From an uncultured Bacilli bacterium (GTDB lineage: Bacteria; Bacillota_I; Bacilli_A; RF39; UBA660), in assembly GCA_934167695.1 (NCBI GenBank), contig CAKPLP010000003.1:11529-75528 (forward strand): 64,000 nt of DNA, given 5' to 3'. Under the pieces are notes generated by a model. It was not told the origin of the DNA. It saw nothing but the letters and a program-made list of their open reading frames with translations, and searched no databases. Shown piece after piece: positions 1 to 8,989 of this stretch (the stretch's first letter is position 1; each line of letters begins with the position of its first letter). Both the position numbers and the translations under genes were made by a program.

Positions 1-46
1 TTTTAGAAAAGGATGGTTATACTTGTAAATAGTAAGTGGTGGTTTT

Positions 47-628
47 ATGTTGAAGTTTAATAGAAATTTTTATGATGATAATTATTTAATGATAGATGTT
101 AAGTCTGATTTATGTTCCTTTGTAACAGATGAAAATTTAAATATACCTTGTGATGTGAAAAAAGAGGCTATGTTTATATATTCTGATTGGTTTAGTTATG
201 AAGAAAATTTAATGTATGAAAAGGAAAAAATCATTAATCATAAGATTGCTATAAGATGTGATAGTAATCTTGGAGGTTATTTATTATCAAATTTTGATAA
301 TGTTAATATTATAAATGATGATTTAAATGTTAGTTATGAAAAAGTGGTAAGTGCTCTTGATATTGCTATTTTTGAGGATAAATGTAAATTGGTTAATAAA
401 ATAATGCCTTTATTTAAGGGAAGAGTATCTGGTTTTAAAGGTGAGTTAATAGGAAAATATGATGAAGCAGTTCTTGATTATATTTTAAATAATCCTGATT
501 ATAAAATGTATTTAGAAAAGATGGATTATGAGTGTAAAGAATTTATTGTTTATGAAGATGGTTTTTATAGTAAAAAAACTTTGGGTAAAACTAATAATAA
601 AGTAATGCAAAAGAAGTTAATTTATTAG
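47..628 (+). CDS. hypothetical cytoplasmic protein (193 aa)
   Basis: Intact ORF. GGTGG RBS sits about 8 nt upstream of ATG 47. Hairpin plus U-tract terminator lies downstream. No recognisable motif. Confidence 0.45.
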   Translation: MLKFNRNFYDDNYLMIDVKSDLCSFVTDENLNIPCDVKKEAMFIYSDWFSYEENLMYEKEKIINHKIAIRCDSNLGGYLLSNFDNVNIINDDLNVSYEKVVSALDIAIFEDKCKLVNKIMPLFKGRVSGFKGELIGKYDEAVLDYILNNPDYKMYLEKMDYECKEFIVYEDGFYSKKTLGKTNNKVMQKKLIY

Positions 629-632
629 TAAT

Positions 633-665
633 AAGACTTCCTATTTATGGAGTCTTTTTTGTTTT
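633..665 (+). terminator. intrinsic terminator (hairpin AAGAC(T)TCC/GGAGTCTT + U-tract)
   Basis: Inverted repeat with one bulge, followed by TTTTTTGTTTTTT. Confidence 0.5.
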
Positions 666-751
666 TTATGGTTTATTATTTGAAATGGACTATGTAATTT
701 TGTTTACTTTTTTAATATTTATAGATATAATACTAAAAGAAATGGATGTGA

Positions 752-2176
752 TTGTTTATGCATTTACCAAGTTATAAGGAAGCAATAGTTAGAAAAAAGG
801 ATTATAGATTCGTTAATTATGAGATAGATAAAAATTATGTTGGAAAGTATAGTGGAAAGAAGTATTTTTTGAAGACATATGGTTGTCAGATGAATGAACA
901 TGATAGTGAAAATATAAAAGCAATGCTTGAAGAATTGGGTTTTAGTGAAACAGAGGATTATATGGATGCTGATTTGGTTCTTTTAAATACTTGTTCAATT
1001 AGAGAAAATGCTCATAATAAGGCTTTTGGTATGTTAGGAAGATTTAAGCATTTAAAGGCAGATAAACCAGAATTGGTTGTTGGAATTTGCGGTTGTATGG
1101 CTCAAGAAGTTGGTGTCGTTGATGAGATTATGAAAAAATATAAATTTGTTAATTTTGTTTTTGGTACACATAATTTATATCGTTTGCCTTATATTATTGA
1201 TAAAGCCATTATGGAAGGTAAACAGGAAATTGAAGTTTTCTCTAAAGAAGGCGATTTAATTGAGGATATTCCTGTTAGAAGGGCTAGTCGTTATAAAGCT
1301 TATGTTAATATTATTTATGGTTGTGATAAGTTTTGTACGTATTGTATAGTACCTTATACTAGAGGTGGTGAACGTAGTAGAAGACGCGAGGATATACTAA
1401 GAGAAGTAGAAAAATTGGTTCAAGATGGATATAAGGAAGTAACATTATTGGGACAAAATGTTAATGCTTATGGTAAAGATTTATATGATGATTATGGACT
1501 TGGTGAACTTCTTGAAGATGTTAGTAAAACAAATATACCAAGAATTCGTTTTACTACTTCTCATCCTTGGGATTTTACAGACAAAATGATTGAAGTAATA
1601 AGTAAATATCCTAATATCATGCCTAGTATTCATTTACCTTTACAATCTGGTAGTAGTAGAATTTTAAAATTGATGGGACGTCGTTATACAAAGGAAAGTT
1701 ATTTGGAATTGTTTGACAAAATGAAAGAAAAGATAAAGGATGTTACTATTTCTACTGATATTATTGTAGGATTCCCCGGAGAGACAGAGGAGGATTTCTT
1801 AGAAACTTTAGATGTTGTTAATCATTGTAAATATGATAATAGTTTTACTTTTATATATTCACCACGTGAAAATACTCCTGCTAGTAGATTAAAAGATGAT
1901 ATTGCTCTTAGTGTTAAAGAAGAACGCCTTCAAAGATTAAATAATCTTGTTAATAAATATTTTTTGGAGAAAAATAAAAAGTTAGAGGGTACAATACAGG
2001 AAGTTTTAGTAGAGGGAAAATCATTAAAGAAAGATGATTGTTATTATGGATATACTAAAACTAATAAATTAGTTAATTTTACTGGTTGTGATATTAATGA
2101 AGGAGATATAGTTTTAGTTAAAATTACAGAGGCTAAAACTTGGAGTTTGGATGGAAAATTATTTGAATCAGAATAG
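752..2176 (+). CDS. miaB: tRNA-2-methylthio-N6-dimethylallyladenosine synthase MiaB (radical SAM methylthiotransferase)
   Basis: N-terminal MTTase domain (FLKTYGCQMNEHDSE). Radical SAM CxxxCxxC (CTYCIVPYTRG). C-terminal TRAM-like region. Position upstream of ymcA/cotE matches Bacillus ymcB. Confidence 0.9.
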   Translation: MFMHLPSYKEAIVRKKDYRFVNYEIDKNYVGKYSGKKYFLKTYGCQMNEHDSENIKAMLEELGFSETEDYMDADLVLLNTCSIRENAHNKAFGMLGRFKHLKADKPELVVGICGCMAQEVGVVDEIMKKYKFVNFVFGTHNLYRLPYIIDKAIMEGKQEIEVFSKEGDLIEDIPVRRASRYKAYVNIIYGCDKFCTYCIVPYTRGGERSRRREDILREVEKLVQDGYKEVTLLGQNVNAYGKDLYDDYGLGELLEDVSKTNIPRIRFTTSHPWDFTDKMIEVISKYPNIMPSIHLPLQSGSSRILKLMGRRYTKESYLELFDKMKEKIKDVTISTDIIVGFPGETEEDFLETLDVVNHCKYDNSFTFIYSPRENTPASRLKDDIALSVKEERLQRLNNLVNKYFLEKNKKLEGTIQEVLVEGKSLKKDDCYYGYTKTNKLVNFTGCDINEGDIVLVKITEAKTWSLDGKLFESE

Positions 2177-2498
2177 TTATTCTAGTTTAACTGATATTAT
2201 AAATTATATAAAGAATAGTGATGAATTTATAAAATGTAATGAACTTAAGAGTAGGATGTCTAAAGATGAGTCTTTATTGAAGATAATAGAAAATGTGAAA
2301 GTGTTGCAGAAAAAGTATATTAGGAGTCAATATGATGTTAATATAAAACAACAACTTGATGATGAAGTTAATTTATTAAACAGAAATGCTTTGTATTGTG
2401 AATATAACTATTATTTAGGAAAAGTTAATAATATGATTGACTTGGTACGTGATGAATTAAATAGATATTTTTCAGATGTAGTAGGAGAAGATTTTTAA
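2151..2498 (+). CDS. ymcA: YmcA/YlbF-family protein (Com_YlbF-like helical regulator)
   Basis: Small helical protein immediately downstream of and overlapping miaB. Same place as B. subtilis ymcA (miaB-ymcA-cotE synteny). Start uncertain; overlaps the miaB stop. Confidence 0.5.
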   Translation: MENYLNQNSYSSLTDIINYIKNSDEFIKCNELKSRMSKDESLLKIIENVKVLQKKYIRSQYDVNIKQQLDDEVNLLNRNALYCEYNYYLGKVNNMIDLVRDELNRYFSDVVGEDF

Positions 2499-2510
2499 TC
2501 TTCTTTTTTT
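2487..2510 (+). terminator. intrinsic terminator (GAAGAT-TTTTA-ATCTTC + T7)
   Basis: Perfect 6-bp stem overlapping the ymcA-like stop, followed by TTTTTTT. Confidence 0.55.
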
Positions 2511-2560
2511 GTATAGTTTTATCAAGTTAAAGCATAAACTAAATTAGAGGAGGGATTATA

Positions 2561-3088
2561 GTGTCAAATTATCGTGAAATTGTTACTAAAACGGTTATTG
2601 GTAAAGGTAAGAAAACTTTTACTACTACTAATAGAAAAACAGTAGAAAATACTCCTTCAACTATTTTAGGTTGTTGGATAATAAATCATAATTTTAAGGG
2701 GCAAAAAAATAATGATGTAGTTAATATTAATGGTAGTTATGATATTAACATTTGGTATTCTTATGATAATGATACTAAAACTGATGTTATTAAGCAAACT
2801 GATAATTATAATGAAAATGTTACAATTAAAAATACTGGTGATGTAATAAATGAAGAAATTATTGTTAGAAGTTTAAGACAACCTTCATGTGTTAAAGTTG
2901 ATATTGATGGAAAGGATATAGTTTATACTGTAGAAAAGGAACTTGGTATAGAATTAGTAGGGGATGAAAAAGTAAGAATAGAAACATCTGATACACTTGA
3001 TGATTGGGATGAAATAATTGATGATGTAGGAGATAAAATAGAGAATGAAGTAAAAGAAGATTATATAGAAGAAGATAAAACTATATAA
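2561..3088 (+). CDS. cotE: spore coat morphogenetic protein CotE
   Basis: N-terminus MSNYREIVTKTVIGKGKK...STILGCWIINH...YDINIWYSYDNDTKTDV closely parallels B. subtilis CotE (MSEYREIITKAVVAKGRK...ILGGWIINH...YDINVWYSY). Acidic C-terminal tail. Synteny miaB-ymcA-cotE. RBS GGAGGGA. Confidence 0.85.
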   Translation: MSNYREIVTKTVIGKGKKTFTTTNRKTVENTPSTILGCWIINHNFKGQKNNDVVNINGSYDINIWYSYDNDTKTDVIKQTDNYNENVTIKNTGDVINEEIIVRSLRQPSCVKVDIDGKDIVYTVEKELGIELVGDEKVRIETSDTLDDWDEIIDDVGDKIENEVKEDYIEEDKTI

Positions 3089-3146
3089 TTCTTTTTTTCT
3101 ATAGTTTTATGAGGCATATATGGAAGTTTTGGTTTATAAATAAATA

Positions 3147-3170
3147 GTGTCAACAAAAAAATGTTGACAC
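3147..3170. promoter_or_regulatory. perfect inverted repeat GTGTCAACA-A6-TGTTGACAC overlapping the rpsP -35 box (candidate operator)
   Basis: 9-bp arms read directly. The right arm contains TTGACA. Confidence 0.5.
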
Positions 3171-3192
3171 TTCTTTTTATCTATGTTATTAT
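3164..3192 (+). promoter_or_regulatory. sigma-A type promoter of rpsP: TTGACA-17-TATTAT with TGn extended -10
   Basis: TTGACA at 3164-3169, 17-nt spacer, TG at 3184-3185, TATTAT at 3187-3192. About 30 nt upstream of the rpsP RBS GAGGAGG. Confidence 0.6.
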
Positions 3193-3223
3193 AGTAACGA
3201 ATGTGAAAGAGGAGGAAATTTTT

Positions 3224-3499
3224 ATGGCAGTAAAAATTAGATTAACTAGAATGGGATCAAAAGGTCATCCTAGATATAGAATTGTTGCAACTGATTCTCG
3301 TGCTAGACGTGATGGACAATATTTAGAGTTAATTGGTAACTATTATCCATGTGATACAACTGAAACAAAAATTAATGAAGAAGTTGCATTAAAATGGTTA
3401 AGAACAGGTGCTATTCCTACTGATACAGTTAGAAGTTTATTTAGTAAAGCTGGTATCATGGAAAAGTTTGCTAAAGAAAAAAATAAGAAGGAAAAATAA
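3224..3499 (+). CDS. rpsP: 30S ribosomal protein S16
   Basis: [31 protein letters not shown] is the canonical S16 N-terminus. Strong RBS. The ORF-track start at 3161 is an upstream extension through the promoter. Confidence 0.95.
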   Translation: MAVKIRLTRMGSKGHPRYRIVATDSRARRDGQYLELIGNYYPCDTTETKINEEVALKWLRTGAIPTDTVRSLFSKAGIMEKFAKEKNKKEK

Positions 3500-3501
3500 T
3501 T

Positions 3502-3747
3502 ATGGATTTATTGGAATTAACAGAGACTATTATTAAGTCTTTAGTTAAGAATACTGAAAATATTGAGGTAAAAGAAGTAGTAGAAAAAAATGATTTAATA
3601 GAAATATTAGTTAAAGTTGATGAAGCTGATATGTCTAATATTATTGGTAGAGAAGGAAGAGTTATTAATGCTATTCGTACTCTAATTCAAGAAGCTAGTT
3701 CTTTAAGAGATAATAAATACGTAAAAATTGAAATAGAAAAGTTCTAG
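3502..3747 (+). CDS. khpA: KH-domain RNA-binding protein KhpA (YlqC-like)
   Basis: 81 aa. GxxG KH motif (IGREGRVINAIRTL). Immediately follows rpsP as in Bacillus (rpsP-ylqC). Confidence 0.8.
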   Translation: MDLLELTETIIKSLVKNTENIEVKEVVEKNDLIEILVKVDEADMSNIIGREGRVINAIRTLIQEASSLRDNKYVKIEIEKF

Positions 3748-3767
3748 AAGTCCTAGAACTTTTTTAT
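3741..3767. terminator. bidirectional intrinsic terminator (GTTCTAG-AAGTC-CTAGAAC + T-tract)
   Basis: Perfect 7-bp stem between convergent khpA (+) and the radical SAM gene (-). T6 on the + side, A-run on the other. Confidence 0.55.
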
Positions 3768-4660
3768 ATTCCTGTTAGGTCAAAGTCTGGAATAAAGCTG
3801 TCTTTAGCAGTATCTCCAATTTGCATGAAAGCATTTGTAATACCTAAATCACAGGCATAGTTTATTAATTTATTATAGTCACTTTCTTTTACCTTGTGAT
3901 TTAAACTTTCTATATTTTTTACTTGTTCTAATGGTGTATATTGGTTCATTATACTTATAAATATATTATCATGATAGGTTTTATATAGGTAATTTAATAT
4001 AGTTTTTGAATCATTTAAATTTTCTGGTAGCATGAGGTGTCTTACAATTACACCTTTTTTTAATATTCCAGATTTATCGAATTTTACTTTTCCTACTTGG
4101 TTATACATTTCTTTAATTGCATTTGTTGCAAATTCAAAGTAATTTGGTGCTTTAGAATATTTAATTGCAATGATTTCATCGTAATATTTTAAGTCTGGTA
4201 AATATATATCTATTAAACCATTTAATTTCTTTAATGTTTCAACTTTTTCATATCCACTACTATTATAAATAATTGGTATTGTTAATCCCTTTTTTTTGGC
4301 TATTTTTATAGCTTCAATTATTTGAGGAGTATAATGTGTTGGAGTAACTAGATTAATATTATGAGCTTTTTTTTCTTGGAGTTCTATCATTTTATTTGCC
4401 AACTCTTCTATAGAGATTTCTTTACCAAAATTATTAGTTGATATATTATAATTTTGACAGAATATACATTTCATATTACATCCTGAAAAAAATATAGTTC
4501 CAGATCCATTTGTACCTGAAATTGGAGGTTCTTCAAAATAGTGTAGACTAATTCTTGCTACCTTAACTTTAGAACTCATTCCACACAAACCTTTTTCTCC
4601 TTCATTTCTATTTACTTTACATTCTCTAGGACATATTTGACATTTTTCTAATTCTTTCAT
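3764..4660 (-). CDS. radical SAM protein, PflA/YjjW-like activating-enzyme family (COG1180; CxxCPxxC N-terminal motif)
   Basis: CQICPRECKVNR..GLCG N-terminal motif. SAM cluster GCNMKCIFCQN. EEPPISG motif. Start placed at MKELEKC with an AAAGGAAA RBS. The ORF-track start at 4699 is an extension. Confidence 0.7.
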   Translation of the reverse strand: MKELEKCQICPRECKVNRNEGEKGLCGMSSKVKVARISLHYFEEPPISGTNGSGTIFFSGCNMKCIFCQNYNISTNNFGKEISIEELANKMIELQEKKAHNINLVTPTHYTPQIIEAIKIAKKKGLTIPIIYNSSGYEKVETLKKLNGLIDIYLPDLKYYDEIIAIKYSKAPNYFEFATNAIKEMYNQVGKVKFDKSGILKKGVIVRHLMLPENLNDSKTILNYLYKTYHDNIFISIMNQYTPLEQVKNIESLNHKVKESDYNKLINYACDLGITNAFMQIGDTAKDSFIPDFDLTGI

Positions 4661-4774
4661 AAGTATTTCCTTTCTTTTCATATTATATATGTAAATCATT
4701 AATTTTAAAATACTTTTTCTTGTAGAAATATCTTCTTTGTTATATAATTGTTTTTAGATAAGATGGAGGGCAAT

Positions 4775-5575
4775 ATGAAAAAGAGAGTTTTAAGTGCTAT
4801 TATTATGTTACTTGTATTTATACCACTTTTATTTGTTGGAGGTAAAGTTTTTGCATTATTTATGTCTTTAACCGCTGTTTTAGGTTTATATGAACTTTTA
4901 AAAATCAAAGAAGCAAAGAAAAAATTACCTATTGTTATGAAAGTTATTTCTTATATAATTGTTGTTTTTATGTCTCTTAATAATATGGATGCTATAGATT
5001 TCCATTACATGATGGATTATAAAAATATTTCTATTATTATTTTTGGTTTTGTTGCACCATTGGTATTTATTAATGATAATAATAAATATAATATTAGTGA
5101 TGCTTTATATTTAATTGGATCTACTTTGTTTTTAGGATTTAGTTTTAATTTGATTATTATTACTCGTAATTATGATTTAATGTATATTATATATTTATTA
5201 CTTATATCTACTATAACTGATACATTTGCTCTTATTACGGGAAAATTAGTTGGTAAAACAAAACTTTGTCCTACGATTAGTCCTAATAAGACTGTTGAGG
5301 GAATGATTGGTGGAACAGTTATGGGTGTTTTTGTTGCTACTAGTTTTTATCATGTTTTTATGAATCCTAATTATTCTTTGGTATTTTTGATATTGATTAC
5401 TACTATGCTTTCATTAGTAGGGCAACTTGGAGATTTAGTATTTTCTATGATTAAGCGTTATTATAATAAGAAGGATTTTTCTAACTTAATTCCGGGGCAT
5501 GGTGGAGTTCTTGATAGATTGGATAGTTTGATTTTTATTGTTCTTGCTTTTATTTTAGTTATGGGAATTATATAA
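4775..5575 (+). CDS. cdsA: phosphatidate cytidylyltransferase CdsA
   Basis: Multi-TM protein. C-terminal CTP-transferase signature SMIKRYYNKKDFSNLIPGHGGVLDRLDS. GGAGGG RBS before ATG 4775. Confidence 0.85.
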   Translation: MKKRVLSAIIMLLVFIPLLFVGGKVFALFMSLTAVLGLYELLKIKEAKKKLPIVMKVISYIIVVFMSLNNMDAIDFHYMMDYKNISIIIFGFVAPLVFINDNNKYNISDALYLIGSTLFLGFSFNLIIITRNYDLMYIIYLLLISTITDTFALITGKLVGKTKLCPTISPNKTVEGMIGGTVMGVFVATSFYHVFMNPNYSLVFLILITTMLSLVGQLGDLVFSMIKRYYNKKDFSNLIPGHGGVLDRLDSLIFIVLAFILVMGII

Positions 5576-5585
5576 AGGAGGATTT

Positions 5586-6653
5586 ATGAATATATTAATT
5601 AATTTAATTTTATTTGTATTAATTTTAGGTGTTATAGTATTAATTCATGAATTTGGACACTTTTTATTTGCTAAACTAACAGGTGTTTATGTTTATGAAT
5701 TTTCTATTGGAATGGGTCCTAAAATATTTTGGCATAAACCAAAAAAGAGTGAAACGGAATATTCTATTAGATGTGTACCTATTGGCGGTTTTTGTGCTCT
5801 TGCTGGTGAAGATTTAGAAAATGATGATAAAAGTGTTCCTGATGATAGAAAGTTGCAAGCAAAAAAAGCTTGGCAGAGATTTCTTATTATGGTTATGGGA
5901 CCGGGGTTTAATTTCCTTTTAGCTTTAGTTTTATTATTTTTTGTAGCACTTATTTGGGGTGCTCCTATTATGAGCCCTAAAGTTTCTAGTGTAGAAAGTG
6001 GTTATCCTGCGTATGACGTTGGTATTAAAAAAGGTGATTTAATAACAGAAATAAATGGTCATAATATTAAAACTATTGATGATGTTAGTTTATATTTAAC
6101 TGTAGCATCTCCTAAAAATTCTACTACAATAAAAATTGTAAATGAGGATGGTGTTGAAAAACAATATCGTATTAAACCAAAAAAAGTAAAAGTTACTAAA
6201 AATAAAAAAACTTCTACAACATATCGTTATGGAATAGGGTTAAAAACTAAAAAAGAATATGGAATAGGTAAAGCATTTAATTATATGATAGTAAAAACAG
6301 GATCATTATTTAGACAAATGTTTGTAACTGTTGGTTATTTATTTACTGGAAGAATTTCAGTTAGTCAATTAAGTGGTCCGGTTGGTATTTATTCTATTGT
6401 TGGTGAACAGGCAAAAAGTGGAATTTCTAGTATACTTTATTTAATAGCATATTTAAGTATTAACGTAGGCTTTTTGAATTTACTTCCATTACCTGCATTT
6501 GATGGAGGACATATATTATTTATTATTATAGAAAAAATTAAAGGTTCTCCTGTAAAACCAGAATTTGAAAATAAAATTCATACTATTGGATTATATGCCT
6601 TATTAATTTTAATGTTGTTTATTACGGTTAATGATATTATAAGGTTATTTTAG
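5586..6653 (+). CDS. rseP: RIP site-2 metalloprotease RseP/RasP (M50 family, PDZ domain)
   Basis: HEFGHF zinc motif within TM1. Central PDZ-like region. C-terminal LNLLPLPAFDGGH motif. Follows cdsA as in Firmicutes. Confidence 0.85.
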   Translation: MNILINLILFVLILGVIVLIHEFGHFLFAKLTGVYVYEFSIGMGPKIFWHKPKKSETEYSIRCVPIGGFCALAGEDLENDDKSVPDDRKLQAKKAWQRFLIMVMGPGFNFLLALVLLFFVALIWGAPIMSPKVSSVESGYPAYDVGIKKGDLITEINGHNIKTIDDVSLYLTVASPKNSTTIKIVNEDGVEKQYRIKPKKVKVTKNKKTSTTYRYGIGLKTKKEYGIGKAFNYMIVKTGSLFRQMFVTVGYLFTGRISVSQLSGPVGIYSIVGEQAKSGISSILYLIAYLSINVGFLNLLPLPAFDGGHILFIIIEKIKGSPVKPEFENKIHTIGLYALLILMLFITVNDIIRLF

Positions 6654-6758
6654 AAAGAGAAATACTTATTTAGTATTTTTCTTTTTTTAAACAAAAAATT
6701 AATAAAAAATGTTATACTAATGATACTTAGTGTTAAATATTTATATGAGGAGGGTTAT

Positions 6759-8918
6759 ATGGTAGTAGGTGTTTTAGTAGAGTTATCTAATAAAAATATA
6801 GATAGAGTTTTTGATTATTTAGTAGATCCTTCTCTTGTAAATGATATTAAAGTTGGTATTAGAGTATTAGTTCCATTTGGGTATCAGAAGTTAGAAGGAT
6901 TTGTTGTTTGTATTAAGGATAGTTCTGATATTCAATTAAAGAAAATTATCTCTATTGTTGATCGTGAAGTTGTTTTAGATGAGGAGTTGTTGAAGCTTGG
7001 AAAGATAATGCAGGAGAAAACTTTATCTACTTTAATTAGTTGTTATCAAGTAATGCTTCCAAAGGCTTTAAAGGCTAAGAATGGTACGGTTATTTCTAAG
7101 AAGTTTGATACTTATTATAAACTTGGAGATATTTCTGGTAAATTTAATGATAGTCAAAGTAGAATTTTGAAGTTATTTAATAGTCATGAGCTTGTTTCAA
7201 GAAAGAAAATTTTGGCTATTTCTAGTAGTAGTTTGAAAACTTTAATAAATCGTGCTGTCTTGATTCCTGTTGTTAAAGAGCATTATCGTTTGGAGTATGA
7301 AAATAGTCCTTTGAAAAGTTATACTTTGACTGATGATCAACAAAGGGTTGTTGACGAATTTAACAATTCAAATGATTTAGTTTATTTATTACATGGTGTA
7401 ACTGGTTCTGGAAAAACGGAAGTTTATATGGAACTTATTAATAAAGTTTTAAATGATGGAAAAACGGCTATTGTTTTGGTTCCTGAAATTAGTCTTACTC
7501 CTCAGATGATAAAGCGTTTTATGGCTCGTTTTGGTGATAGAATTGCTGCAATTCATTCTGCTTTATCTGAGGGTGAAAAGTATGATGAATGGCGTAGGAT
7601 TGAAAGAGGAGAAGCATCTATTGTAATAGGGGCCCGTAGTGCATTGTTTAGTCCTATTAAAAATTTAGGACTTATTGTTATAGATGAAGAACATAGTGAT
7701 ACATATAAGCAGGATGATTCTAATCCTCGTTATAATGCTATAGAAATGGCTATAGAAAGATGTAGATTAAATGATGGATGTAAGTTGTTGTTAGGAAGTG
7801 CTACTCCATCACTTGAATCTTATGCAAGAAGCCAAAAGGGCATTTACCATTTACTTAAATTATTAAATCGTGTTAATAAGCATCCTCTTCCTAATATTGA
7901 ACTTGTTGATATGAATAAAAATTTTAAAACTAGTAAAGGTCATTTTTCTCTTGAACTTTTAAATAGAATAAAGCAAAAAATAGAATTAGGTGAACAGGTT
8001 ATTTTATTATTAAATAGAAGAGGATATTCTTCTTTTGTTTCTTGTAAAAACTGTGGTTATGTGTTTAAGTGTCCAAATTGTGATATTACCCTTACTTATC
8101 ATAAGAGTACAAATAATTTGAGATGTCATTATTGTGGATATGCTGATAATATTTCATCTATTTGTCCAGAATGTAAGGAAAACTCAATTACAACAATCGG
8201 AGTGGGCACTGAGAAGATTGAAGAGGAAATTAAGAATCTTATTCCAACTGCTAGAGTTGTTAGAATGGATTTTGATACAACTAGTAGAAAGGGTGCTCAT
8301 GAAAAAATAATTTCTAGTTTCAAAAATAGGGATTATGATATTTTACTTGGTACTCAGATAGTTGCAAAGGGACTTGATTTTGATAATGTTACTTTAGTGG
8401 GAGTTATAAATGCTGATACATCTTTAAATTTTCCTGATTTTAGAAGCAGTGAAACAACGTTTTCTTTACTTAGTCAAGTTGCAGGTAGAAGTGGTAGAAG
8501 TACTAAAGAAGGATCTGTTATTATTCAAACTTTTAATCCTGATCATTATGCTATTAATTTTGTTAAAAATCATGATTATATAGGTTTCTATAAAAGGGAA
8601 ATGTTATTAAGAAAACAGTTAAAATATCCGCCATTTTATTTTATTACTTATATTAGAATTAGTGGTAAAGATAGTAATATTTGCTATAGAGAAGCTATGA
8701 AAATAAAAAAGGCTTTAGAAAAATATTTAGATCAAACAATTATTTTAGGACCTAGTACTGCTAATATCTTTAAAGTAAGTAATATTTATAGATATGGAAT
8801 TATTTTAAAATATAAAAAGCAAGATAATTTAATAGATGTTTTAAATAAAATGATAGATGTATATAAAAGTAATAGAAATGTTACTATAGATTTAAATTTT
8901 AATCCGGGACATTTTTAA
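6759..8918 (+). CDS. priA: primosomal protein N' (replication restart helicase PriA)
   Basis: Walker A GVTGSGKTEVY. DEEH box. Cys-rich zinc-binding insert (CKNCGY..CPNCD..CHYCGY..CPEC). Start at MVVGV with a GAGGAGGG RBS. Confidence 0.9.
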   Translation: MVVGVLVELSNKNIDRVFDYLVDPSLVNDIKVGIRVLVPFGYQKLEGFVVCIKDSSDIQLKKIISIVDREVVLDEELLKLGKIMQEKTLSTLISCYQVMLPKALKAKNGTVISKKFDTYYKLGDISGKFNDSQSRILKLFNSHELVSRKKILAISSSSLKTLINRAVLIPVVKEHYRLEYENSPLKSYTLTDDQQRVVDEFNNSNDLVYLLHGVTGSGKTEVYMELINKVLNDGKTAIVLVPEISLTPQMIKRFMARFGDRIAAIHSALSEGEKYDEWRRIERGEASIVIGARSALFSPIKNLGLIVIDEEHSDTYKQDDSNPRYNAIEMAIERCRLNDGCKLLLGSATPSLESYARSQKGIYHLLKLLNRVNKHPLPNIELVDMNKNFKTSKGHFSLELLNRIKQKIELGEQVILLLNRRGYSSFVSCKNCGYVFKCPNCDITLTYHKSTNNLRCHYCGYADNISSICPECKENSITTIGVGTEKIEEEIKNLIPTARVVRMDFDTTSRKGAHEKIISSFKNRDYDILLGTQIVAKGLDFDNVTLVGVINADTSLNFPDFRSSETTFSLLSQVAGRSGRSTKEGSVIIQTFNPDHYAINFVKNHDYIGFYKREMLLRKQLKYPPFYFITYIRISGKDSNICYREAMKIKKALEKYLDQTIILGPSTANIFKVSNIYRYGIILKYKKQDNLIDVLNKMIDVYKSNRNVTIDLNFNPGHF

Positions 8919-8989
8919 AATTCTTATTAATTTACATCTTAAATTATACGTGTTATACTTTACTTATAAAATAATGAGGTGGATTAATT

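Noticed and set aside
3161-3223. N-terminal extensions in the ORF track (rpsP from 3161, rlmN from 14695, rsgA from 18264, lon from 35435, the HExxH gene to 31335, the radical-SAM gene to 4699, and others)
   Set aside because: The extensions run through promoters or terminators and lack an RBS. Internal ATG/TTG/GTG codons with proper Shine-Dalgarno spacing and protein-family N-termini give the shorter starts I used.
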